Below are positions 29,936-39,200 of a DNA stretch of 43,373 nucleotides, piece by piece. The DNA is from a virus. The stretch spans positions 1 through 43,373 of the IMG/VR virus record IMGVR_UViG_3300026302_000002, one strand, 5' to 3'. Numbering within the stretch: position 1 is the first letter of the stretch; the number at the start of each line of letters is the position of its first letter. A model generated the notes under the pieces. The model was not told where the DNA came from and searched no databases. It saw only the letters and a program-made list of their open reading frames with translations. The position numbers and the translations under genes were made by a program.

Positions 29936-30275
29936 GAACTTCAAGCGGCTGGACGATCCCGGGACGGGGGAGAACATCGCGAGGAACGTCGTGGTCCAGG
30001 GCATGAGCGCCAAGCGCGAGCGCTCTGTGGGAGGCGTAGGCATGCGTGTCGGCGTGCTCGGAGGCTCCAAGTCCAAGACAGGGAGCGCGGCCACAGGCGG
30101 AAAAGGGAATCCGGGTGGCGACACCTGGTACTGGCGCCTGCTGGAGTTCGGAACCTCGACCATCGCGGCCAGGGCGCCAATGCGGAAAGCCATGGCAGCC
30201 CAGGCCATGGGTGCCTACGACGCCTTCGCCAATGCGGCCGAAGGCGAAATCGACAAGGAACTGGGGAAGCTCTGA
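29799..30275 (+). CDS. HK97 gp10-family tail-completion / neck protein
   Basis: VKVEGLAEAERKLKLLPDRVGRRALRRALRRGANVIRNGAREN is typical of PF04883. Confidence 0.75.
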   Translation: MDVTVKVEGLAEAERKLKLLPDRVGRRALRRALRRGANVIRNGARENFKRLDDPGTGENIARNVVVQGMSAKRERSVGGVGMRVGVLGGSKSKTGSAATGGKGNPGGDTWYWRLLEFGTSTIAARAPMRKAMAAQAMGAYDAFANAAEGEIDKELGKL

Positions 30276-30276
30276 C

Positions 30277-30666
30277 GTGTACCCACCGGTGTTTGAAATC
30301 GCCAAGCAGAGCGCGGCGGTGCTGGCGGCGCTCGGGTCGAATCCGACGCGGTTGTGGCCCTTCGCGATCTCGCCGCAGAAGGGCACCGCCAACTATGGCG
30401 TGCCGTATGCGGTGCACCAGCTGATCTATGGCGCCCCGGTCCTGTCGCTGAGCTGCGTGCCGAACACCGACAACTTCGGCATCCAGATCGACGTGTATGC
30501 CGACAACGCCACCGACGCGCGTGAGGTGGCCGCGGCCCTTCGCGACGCCTACGAGGCATCGAACAACCCGGTCGTCGCGTGGAATGGCGAGGACTGGGAG
30601 CCGTCCACCGGCCTGTACCGCGTGAGCTTCACGGTCGAGTTCTGGCCCGACCGAGCGACCACCTGA
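30277..30666 (+). CDS. Tail terminator-like protein (DUF3168-like)
   Basis: GTG start 2 nt after the upstream stop. Position and size fit. It ends ...YRVSFTVEFW. Confidence 0.55.
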   Translation: MYPPVFEIAKQSAAVLAALGSNPTRLWPFAISPQKGTANYGVPYAVHQLIYGAPVLSLSCVPNTDNFGIQIDVYADNATDAREVAAALRDAYEASNNPVVAWNGEDWEPSTGLYRVSFTVEFWPDRATT

Positions 30667-30715
30667 CAACCCGAGCACTGCATCCCGCCAGGCCACGGCG
30701 GGGGACAGACCACCA

Positions 30716-30739
30716 CCCCGCGCTGCGGGGTTTTTTGTT
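30716..30739 (+). terminator. Intrinsic terminator inside the late operon, just upstream of the tail tube gene
   Basis: CCCCGC-GCT-GCGGGG followed by TTTTTTGTT. A second hairpin CCCGCC-N7-GGCGGG lies at 30685-30703. Confidence 0.7.
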
Positions 30740-30768
30740 GGCCGAAAACCCCAGCGAGAGGAAACGCA

Positions 30769-31245
30769 ATGAAGACCCAAGGCACCAACCTGTACGGCAT
30801 CGACCCCGATACCGGCGAACTTCTCGAAGTCGATTGCCCGACGAGCATCGACGGCATCGATTCGAGCATCTCCCAGCTCGAAACGACCTGCCTCAACTCC
30901 CCGGCGCGCACGTACGAAGCCGGCCTCGAAGAGCCGGGCACCGCAACCTTCGGGATCAACATCGATCCGAAGAATCCCAACCATCGGCGCCTGCACCAGC
31001 TGAAGCGCGCCGGGAAGACGATGAAGTGGGCGGTCGGCTGGGCGGAGGCGCCCGACGTGGACCCGACCATCGAAACCGACAGCGACGGCGACTACGTGTT
31101 CGTTCCGAATCCGGCGCGCAGCTGGCTGTTCTTCGAAGGCTTCATGAACTCCTTCCCCTTCAGCTTCGCGCTGAACTCGCAGGTCAGCTCGACCATCGGC
31201 ATCCAGGTCTCTGGCGAGATCGAGATGGTCTCGGCCGGCACCTAA
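30769..31245 (+). CDS. Major tail tube protein
   Basis: 158 aa. GAGAGGAAACGCA precedes the ATG. It lies before the chaperone and tape-measure genes. Confidence 0.75.
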   Translation: MKTQGTNLYGIDPDTGELLEVDCPTSIDGIDSSISQLETTCLNSPARTYEAGLEEPGTATFGINIDPKNPNHRRLHQLKRAGKTMKWAVGWAEAPDVDPTIETDSDGDYVFVPNPARSWLFFEGFMNSFPFSFALNSQVSSTIGIQVSGEIEMVSAGT

Positions 31246-31326
31246 GGCGAACCCCTCTTCTACGCCGGGGTCTGTGGGCGTGCCTCGCCTCACGTTCCCG
31301 CCCGGCACCTTTCAAGGCGAGCACCC

Positions 31327-31680
31327 ATGACCACTCTCAACGACCTGAAGAAGGCTGGCGGTTTCGTTCCCGACAAGCCGGTTCCGAAACACATCACGTT
31401 CAAGGACGACAGCGGCAACGACTTCGAGGCCGACATCTTCGTCGTCAAGCTCGGCGTGGCCGACTACGAAGCCCTGTTCACCGGCGACGCCCTCGTGCGC
31501 TCGCACACGGCGCAGGCGATCCACGTCGGCATCCGGCTTGGCGACGGCAAGGAGGTCATCCCGTATGACCTGGCCGCGCGCCTGGACAAGGGACTCGGCG
31601 CCGCGCTGATGAAGGCCTTCAATGAGGTCAACGGCCCAAAAAAGCCCTCACCCAGCGCGAGCGATTCCTCTGCGACCTAG
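31327..31680 (+). CDS. Tail assembly chaperone (gpG-like)
   Basis: It lies before the tape measure and has an A_AAA_AAG slippery site near its 3' end. Confidence 0.75.
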   Translation: MTTLNDLKKAGGFVPDKPVPKHITFKDDSGNDFEADIFVVKLGVADYEALFTGDALVRSHTAQAIHVGIRLGDGKEVIPYDLAARLDKGLGAALMKAFNEVNGPKKPSPSASDSSAT

Positions 31681-32096
31681 CGCTGGGCCTTGGCCGAACG
31701 GTCGGCGAGATTCGCCATGACATGACCCAGGAGGAGCTGAGCCTCTGGGTCGCCTACGTGGACGAGAACGGTCCACTCAATCCATCGCTCCGAATCGAAA
31801 GCGCGATTGCTCACGCGGTCGCCCTGTTCTTCAAGGGCGTCAAGCCACGCGACCTGATGCCGTGGCCTCGGCAGCCCGAGCCAGAAGCAACGCTAGAAGA
31901 CGCATTCGCCCTGTTCAAGGGCCTCGCCAAGAAGTCGAACAAGGGAAAGAAGCCACATGGCAACGCGAAGCCTCGGCCAGCTGACGATCGACCTGATCGC
32001 CAAGACCTTCGGGTTCGAGCAGGGCATGGACAAGGCCGCGCGCAAGGCCAAGTCCGGCGGCAAGGAAATCGAAAGCGCGCTGACGGGGGCGTTTAA
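31327..32096 (+). CDS. gpG-T-like fusion chaperone made by a -1 frameshift at 31638-31644
   Basis: I translated the -1 frame by hand from 31644 (ALTQRERFLCDLALGLGRTVGEIRHDMTQEELSLW...) and found no stop before 32096. Confidence 0.65.
31638..31644 (+). promoter_or_regulatory. Programmed -1 frameshift slippery heptamer A AAA AAG
   Basis: In the gpG frame the codons are CCA AAA AAG. The -1 frame is open from here to 32096 and contains track ORF 31722..32096. Confidence 0.75.
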
Positions 32097-34143
32097 GACC
32101 ATCGGCGGAGCCATCGCCGGCTTCGTCGCCGGCCTGGCCACGGTCGACACGGCACTGCGTGGGTTCCAGCAGTCGGTGGACTTCGCCGACCGGATGGACG
32201 AGCTGTCGGCCCGATTCAAGATCAGCACCGAGACGCTCTCGGAATGGGCCTACGCGGCGAAGCTGACGGGCTCCGACATCGAGGGCCTGGCCGGGATCAT
32301 CCCGAAGTTCAGCAAGACCGTCGCCGACGCGGCGGACGCCGGCAGCGAGGCCGGCAAGACCTTCGCCGCGCTCGGAATCTCGGTCAAGGACCAGGCCGGC
32401 CAGCTCCGCAGCTTCCAAGACCTCCTGCCGGAGATCATGGATCGCTTCAAGGGGCTGAACAACGAGACGACCGAGACGGCGCTGGCAATGCAGCTGTTCG
32501 GGCGGTCCGGTGCGGAGTTCCTGGAGTTCCTGAACCTCGGGTCCGATGGCTTGACCAAGATGGGCGAGCGCGCCCGCGAACTCGGGATCGTCATCGACAC
32601 CGAGACGGCCTCCAAGGCGGCCGAGTTCAAGGACCGTGTCGACGACCTGAGGGCAGCGACCCAGGGCTGGTTCACCCAGATCAGCTCCGCGCTGCTGCCC
32701 ACGCTCACCGACCTCACCAACGAGATGACGGACTTCGTCAAGGAGGGAGGGGACGCGGCAACGATCGCGGACAGCGTGGCATCTTCCATCCGCGACATCG
32801 CGGAAGCCATCCGGTTCCTAGGTCAGATCGGTGATGTGTTCGACCGCATCCGCGGCGGCCTGGTCGGCCTGGAGAAGCAGGGGAACGCGGCGTTCAAGGC
32901 GCTATCCGGCCAAGCCTTCTTCACCGGAGACGGGTTCGACTCGATCAAGGCACAGTACGAGGAAGGGGCCGCCTACATCGAGAACGGCTACAAGGCCATG
33001 CAGAGGGCGCAGCAGGAAGGCGTCAAGAAGCTGCAGGTCCAGCTGATCGATCCTTCGGAGGGGTTTGGCGGGTACAAGACCCAGAAGCGGCTGGAGGAAC
33101 AGGCCAAGAAGTACCAGGAGGCTCTGGACAAGCTGCTGGCCGGGGGCGACAAGCCGGCCAAGAGTGGCGGCAAGTCAGCGGCAGAGCAGGAGGCCGAGCG
33201 CCTGTTCCAGGCCTACGACTCCATGGCGGCCTCGCTCGATCAGCAGATCGCTCTGTTTGGCAAGACCAGCGAGGCGGCGAAGGTCCGGTATGACGTCGAG
33301 TTCGGCTCGCTGGTGAACCTGGAGCCGAAGCTCAAGAACTACTTGATCTACAAGGCTGAGGAGCTGGATGCGATCAAGGAGACGGCCGCCGCGCAGGAGG
33401 AGCGCCGCCGGCAAGCCAAGCGCGAGGCCGACGAGTTCGCCATGCGCGAAGAGCACGCCCAGCAGCTCGTCGAAGACCTGCGTTTCGAGATCGAGCTCAT
33501 TCGCCTCGGCAACAAGGAGCGTACGACCGCAATTCAGCTGCGCGGCATGGAGGCGGAGCAGGTCCAGCGCTACGGCGAGGAGATCATCGAACTGAATCGC
33601 CAGATCGAGGAGCAGATGCAGCGCACGGAGCTGATGGACGGCTTCCGCGACAGCTTCGCCACGTTCTTCGAGGACGTGATCGGCGGGACGAAGTCGGTCA
33701 AGGATGCCTTCACCGACATGCTCGACGACATCAACTCCATGATCCTTCGACGGATCACTGAGAACTGGGTGGAGCAGCTGTTCGGCGGCTTCGGATCTTC
33801 GAGCGGCGGTTCCGCAGGCGGGAACTGGTTCAGCATGATCGCCGGCCTCTTCAGCGGGGGGCGCGAGAGTGGTGGCTGGATCGGAGCGGGCCGCGTTGCC
33901 GAGGTGAACGAGAGCGGGATCGAGATGGCGACCGTTCGCGGCAGGCAGTACCTCTTGGCCGGAAGCGGTCCCGTCGAAGTCACACCGCATCGGGAACTGG
34001 TCACGGCTGGCGGCGGCGGGGTGACGGTCAACTTCAACGGGTACGGACGCCCCGATCGACGGACTGCCCAGCAGGCTGCGGCCGATGTGGGCGTCGCGGC
34101 ACAGAGGTCCCTGGCCCGCAATGGTCGAGGAGGCAGGTCGTGA
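31957..34143 (+). CDS. Tape measure protein
   Basis: 728 aa, helical and coiled-coil rich, Gly-rich near the C-terminus. Canonical position. Confidence 0.9.
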   Translation: MATRSLGQLTIDLIAKTFGFEQGMDKAARKAKSGGKEIESALTGAFKTIGGAIAGFVAGLATVDTALRGFQQSVDFADRMDELSARFKISTETLSEWAYAAKLTGSDIEGLAGIIPKFSKTVADAADAGSEAGKTFAALGISVKDQAGQLRSFQDLLPEIMDRFKGLNNETTETALAMQLFGRSGAEFLEFLNLGSDGLTKMGERARELGIVIDTETASKAAEFKDRVDDLRAATQGWFTQISSALLPTLTDLTNEMTDFVKEGGDAATIADSVASSIRDIAEAIRFLGQIGDVFDRIRGGLVGLEKQGNAAFKALSGQAFFTGDGFDSIKAQYEEGAAYIENGYKAMQRAQQEGVKKLQVQLIDPSEGFGGYKTQKRLEEQAKKYQEALDKLLAGGDKPAKSGGKSAAEQEAERLFQAYDSMAASLDQQIALFGKTSEAAKVRYDVEFGSLVNLEPKLKNYLIYKAEELDAIKETAAAQEERRRQAKREADEFAMREEHAQQLVEDLRFEIELIRLGNKERTTAIQLRGMEAEQVQRYGEEIIELNRQIEEQMQRTELMDGFRDSFATFFEDVIGGTKSVKDAFTDMLDDINSMILRRITENWVEQLFGGFGSSSGGSAGGNWFSMIAGLFSGGRESGGWIGAGRVAEVNESGIEMATVRGRQYLLAGSGPVEVTPHRELVTAGGGGVTVNFNGYGRPDRRTAQQAAADVGVAAQRSLARNGRGGRS

Positions 34144-34808
34144 GCGACGACAGCTACCTGCGGCGCTACATCCCGGCTTGCGAGACGTATGGCTGGAATG
34201 GTGGTCCAGGCTTCAGCACGCGGATCGTGATGAAGCAGAACGGCCGCGAGCGCCGGAATGCCGACTGGTCGCAGCCGCAGTTCGGGTTCTCCCTGCCGTT
34301 CCAGAACCTGCGGCATCAGTCCGAGTACGCGCCGATCCTGCAGCTTTTCCTGAACCGCCGAGGCGCCTGGGGCTGCTTCCTGTACTCCAACCCGCTGTCC
34401 GATACCGCCGAGGACGAGCTGTTCGCCGTCGCCGCCGCTGGGCAGACAGAGTTCCAGTTGCGCATGGACGCCACGCTGGATGGCGTGGTGTTCCAGCGGG
34501 ACGTGCACGCCCTGTACGAGCCGGATCCGGACGAACCAGGGGCGGCACTGGAGTCGGACATCGAGATCACTGCGGACGGCGTCGCAAGCCCGGGCTGGGC
34601 TATTGACTACGACCGGGGCAAGGTCCTGGCGCCGGCGCCGATGACCGGTGGTGAGGAGCTTCGCTGGTCCGGCCGGTTCTCGCACTGGGTCCGGTTCGTT
34701 TCGGACCGCATGCCGATGTCCATCAACAACCGAAGTGCGGAAGGCTTTCGCGTCGACGGGTCGATCGACCTGCTCGAGATGCCGCCGCCGATCGAGATCA
34801 CGACCTGA
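34140..34808 (+). CDS. Distal tail protein, DUF2460 (RcGTA gp12-like)
   Basis: It follows the tape measure. The pattern ...GWNGGPGFSTRIV...NGRERRNADWSQP...F is as recalled for DUF2460/TIGR02217. Confidence 0.65.
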   Translation: MSDDSYLRRYIPACETYGWNGGPGFSTRIVMKQNGRERRNADWSQPQFGFSLPFQNLRHQSEYAPILQLFLNRRGAWGCFLYSNPLSDTAEDELFAVAAAGQTEFQLRMDATLDGVVFQRDVHALYEPDPDEPGAALESDIEITADGVASPGWAIDYDRGKVLAPAPMTGGEELRWSGRFSHWVRFVSDRMPMSINNRSAEGFRVDGSIDLLEMPPPIEITT

Positions 34809-34809
34809 C

Positions 34810-35787
34810 ATGCCACGCAATGTGCCCTACGACATGCTGCAGGACCTGCAGCGTGGTGTGACCACCTTTTGCCTGCTGATCCGGTTCGATCCCGTTCTGG
34901 ACGGGTTCGCCTCCTATGGAATGGCGTTGCTCGACAGGCAGGTGATCTACGACGACGAGATCAGCGAGCTGGCCTATTCGCCCATCGTGGCCATGCAGCC
35001 GTCGACAATCCTGTCCAGCTCCGACCTTTCGGTCGACGGCGGCGACGGCTTCGGCCTGGTGCCGGAGTTCGACACGCCGATCAGCGAAGCCGACCTGGTC
35101 GCTGGCGCCTACGACTTCTGCCGGTTTCGGGCCTACATCGTGGACTACCGAAAGCTGACGCCGGGGCGCCACATCCTGCTGCAGGAAGGCACCACCGGGC
35201 AGATGCGGCTGACGGATGTCGGGCTAGCCTTCACGCAGGAGCTGCGCGGCAAGGCCCAGGCCCTGATGCAGTCGATCACCGAGAAGTGGTCCCTGCTGTG
35301 CCGCGCCATCCCCGGCAGCATGCCCATCGGCACCGGCGGCGGGGCGATTGAGCAGCGGTTCCCGTGCAACTGGGCGCTGACGTGGGAGCCGGGCACGGTT
35401 GAGGCGGTCGGGCTGGAATCGTCCAACAGCTTCAGCACGTCCGGCCTCGCGCCGGCCTTCGGCGGCAATCCCGGCAAGGTCCGGTGGCTGACCGGCCGAA
35501 ACGCTGGCCGGGAGGATGAGGTCGATTCGTTCGAGGATGCCGGCGGCGTCCAGACCATCGGCCTGACCTTCGGGACCATGTTCCCGATCCAGGCCGGTGA
35601 CACGTTCGAGTTCGCAGACCTGTGCCCGGGCACGAAGGCGGCCTGCAAAGCCCGTGGCAACTGGGCCAACTTCCGCGGCGAGCCGAACATCCCTGTCGGC
35701 GACGCCGGCCAGGCTTCGGTGCCGGGGGCATCGGCCGGCATCGGGACCGGCGGGCGGTTGCAGATCGGAAACTCGGAGGAGCAATGA
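34810..35787 (+). CDS. DUF2163 / BR0599-type tail protein (RcGTA gp13-like)
   Basis: TTFCLLIRFDP... at the N-terminus and a C-terminal C..TK.AC...GN..NFRGEP motif. Confidence 0.65.
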   Translation: MPRNVPYDMLQDLQRGVTTFCLLIRFDPVLDGFASYGMALLDRQVIYDDEISELAYSPIVAMQPSTILSSSDLSVDGGDGFGLVPEFDTPISEADLVAGAYDFCRFRAYIVDYRKLTPGRHILLQEGTTGQMRLTDVGLAFTQELRGKAQALMQSITEKWSLLCRAIPGSMPIGTGGGAIEQRFPCNWALTWEPGTVEAVGLESSNSFSTSGLAPAFGGNPGKVRWLTGRNAGREDEVDSFEDAGGVQTIGLTFGTMFPIQAGDTFEFADLCPGTKAACKARGNWANFRGEPNIPVGDAGQASVPGASAGIGTGGRLQIGNSEEQ

Positions 35788-36218
35788 GCGCCGTCATGGA
35801 GGCTGCACGCGGGTTCATCGGCGTGCCGTGGCGGCACCGTGGGCGCAACCGTCTGGGAATCGACTGTGCCGGACTGTGCTGGGCTGCCTATCACGCTGCG
35901 GGCGTGACGCTTCCGGACTACCGCCTATACGGGAGCGAGCCGCACAGGGACGGCTTGGTGACGCACACGGCGGCGGCGCTTGGCGAGCCGGTGATGGTCG
36001 CCCCGGTGGACGCGGGCGCGATGATGCCAGGCGACGTGCTGGTGATGCGCTTCACCCGCGAGCCTCACCACATGGGCGTGGTCGGCGTGCGCGACTACGG
36101 AGGCACCCCGGCGCTGACCCTGATCCACGCGGATGGCGACATGGGCCGGGTGCATGAGCAGCGGATGACGCCGGACATGGTGGCGCGGATTACCCACGTT
36201 TTCAGGAGGCCCGTCTAG
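35784..36218 (+). CDS. NlpC/P60-family peptidase (RcGTA gp14-like)
   Basis: GVPWRHRGRNRLGIDCAGLCWAAY (catalytic Cys) ... HHMGVV (His). Confidence 0.75.
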   Translation: MSAVMEAARGFIGVPWRHRGRNRLGIDCAGLCWAAYHAAGVTLPDYRLYGSEPHRDGLVTHTAAALGEPVMVAPVDAGAMMPGDVLVMRFTREPHHMGVVGVRDYGGTPALTLIHADGDMGRVHEQRMTPDMVARITHVFRRPV

Positions 36219-39200
36219 TGGCGCGTCAGGTACTTCCATGGGTCGGTGCAGCCGTCGGGTTCGTCGCCTCGGGCGGCAACCCGATGGGCGCACAGGCGGG
36301 CTTCGCCATCGGCTCGCTGATCGGCAACGCCATCGACCCGGTGGAGATGCAGGGCCGCAAGCTCGGCGACTCCCCGACCCAGACCGCGGCCGAGGGCGGC
36401 GCACGGGCCATCGTGTTCGGCAAGGGCTGCATCCGCGCCACGGTGATCCTGGAGCGCGGCGGCCGGCGAGTGGTGAAGCAGCGCGACAAGTCCGGCGGAA
36501 AGGGCAGTGGCCCGACCACGGTCAACGAGCGCGCCTTCTGGACCTACGCCATCGGCATCTGCGAGGCGACCCCGGACGGCGGGCTTCTTCGCATATGGGA
36601 GAACGAAAAGCTGGTGTACGACGTGACGCCGACGTCGCAGATCGTGGAGGACTCGACCGAGTTCGCCAAGCTGTTCCGGTTCTACGATGGCGCGGAAGAT
36701 CAGCTGCCCGACCCGGCAATCGAGGCGATCTACACCGACCCGACCGACGCGCCGTACTACCGGGGCACCGCCTACATGGTGTTCCCGCAGCGCGACCTGA
36801 CAGACTTCGGCGAGGCCGTTCCGACGTATCGGGTGGAGGTGGTGTCTGAAGTAGACGTGAGTATCGGCGATGAAGTGCTAGCCGATTATGTGATCCCCGG
36901 AACCTACAGCTCCGCGTACATATTCCCAAGGGCTGATGGCGATCTAGGATTCCTGTCAGCAACCACGCCACTTGAGAGTGGCGACGATTACACGGTCGGT
37001 CGGCTTGATAACGCATTGAATGTGGTGTCCAGCTCGCTGATCGAGACTGACTCAACGGGAGCGCCCGGCGCTAGAGATCTGTGGCCGCGTGGCATAAACG
37101 AGTCTGGAGCACTCGTAAGTGCAGACGACATCTTCGGCTATTGCAAGCTGTTTAGTTCCGGCAATTTTGCCGGTACCTATCTGCCCTCAGATGCCGGAAC
37201 GCTGAGCTGGTGGTACGCCGAGAACTTCTACGCGCCGGAGTATGGTGGCCTTGTCTGGTTCGGTGACGACGCTGGTGGTGCAGGCTCCTGGTATCTGGGG
37301 GTGCGCCGTACTTCTGGCAGCGGCGGCTACACAAACCGCCTCATCAAGTTTCCAATATCCTCTGGAGAAGACACGCCAGAGCAGGTTCTGCTGACGGGTG
37401 TCGGAACCACGACCAATCCTAGATTCTGGATGAGTCGGGGCAGGGATGGATTCATCCACATCATCGAACAAGACGGCACATACAGAAAGTTCAACAGCGG
37501 ATTGGCCGAAGTAGATTCCCGTGATCTTGGGATCACCGTTTCCGACCTTCGCGGCTTCGGTGTAGACGGTGCGGTTATCGCAATGGTTTACGGCAGACCG
37601 GCAAATGGCCGTGTCGTCTTCCATGACATCTCCAGCGGTTCAGTCCTCAGAACAATTGAGGATGCAAACCTCGATGGCGACGAGGCTACGAGGGTCGTCT
37701 TCACCGGGGACAGATGCTATATCCAGTGCAGGGCATGGGTAGGAGCCATTTCCTACTCGCCAGGCTTCTATCGCGGCACTATCCCGCTGTCTTCAATCAT
37801 CGCGGAAATTCATCAGCGCTCTGGACATGGCCCGGCAGACTATGACGTGGCAGAGCTGACTGAGGAAGTGGCAGGGGTTGTGATCGAGTCCACCGTAACG
37901 GGGGCTGAGGCGATCAATTCCATCATCGGCTGCCACTTCGCCGACCCTTCCGACTATGACGGCAAAATCCACTACGTCAAGCGCGGGAAGCCGGTTGTCA
38001 AGACCTTGACCGCCGACGACCTGATCGACGAACCGGAGACGTGGCAGAGAAACAACGCTATCGAGTACCCGGCGAAGGTGCACTTCTTCGGGCAGATCGC
38101 AGAGTTGGCCTATGCGTCGGTCAAGGCGACCAGTGCCCGCTACTCTGCCGACGCGAAGGTGGTTGGCGAGGCCAGCGTATCGTCGCCGGAGACGTTCAAC
38201 ACCTCGCAGCGCCCCTACGAAATTGCGGCCATCCTCCACAAGATCATGTGGACGGAAGCCGGTGGTGAGGTGACGTGGCGGGTGACCGACCAGCACCTTG
38301 ACCTGGTGCCGACCGATTGCGTCGGGCTGTCGTGGGCCGGCCAACTGTGGCGGGCGCGGATCACGCAGATCGAGGCCGATCCGGGCGAGCTGAAGCTGAA
38401 GATGATGCTGGATCGCCAGAGCGCCTACACGGCCAACCTGACCGCGATCCCGATTCCGCCTGCCCCGACCCCTCCGCAGACCGGCATCATGTCCGACACT
38501 GTTCTGGCGGTAATGGATATTCCGGCGCTGGTGGACGCTGCGGACGATCTGCACCTGGTCACGGCCATGTCCGGCGAAACCGATGCATGGGCGGGTGCGC
38601 AGTTGCAGCGGTCGCTGGACGCTGGCGCCAGCTTCGGCACGGTCAGCAGCAGCAGCAGCTCGCTAAACGCGATCATGGGCCGGTTGCAGTCGCCCGTGAC
38701 GGCGGCCTCGCCACACTACACCGACACGACCAACGCGGTCGAAGTCGTCCTGTTCACCGACGACGACATCGAGTCGATCAGCGAGCAAGCGTTCCTGAGC
38801 GAGGGCGGGGCCTTCGCCCTGAGCTGGGACGATGGCGGCACCCAGCGGTGGGAGCTGTTGCAGTACCGCGACGCGGAGCTGATCGCGCCCAAGACCTACC
38901 GCCTGACCACGCTGCACCGGGGCCAGCTCAACACCGAAGTGGCTGCGCATCCGACTGGCGCTACGTTCGTCCTGCTCGACGGCGCGGTGCAGCGCCATCC
39001 GACGCAATCGGCATGGATCGGCACCGACCTGGCCCACCGGGCGGTGAGCATCGGGCAGACGCCGGACGGGGCTGATGAGCAGACGCTGACCTATGCCGGC
39101 AACAGCCAGCGGGAATGGGCGCCGGCGCATGTGTTCATGGAGCGGCCATCACCGGACGCGGTGACGGCGCGCGTTGTCCCGCGCCACCGGTTCGGAACAG

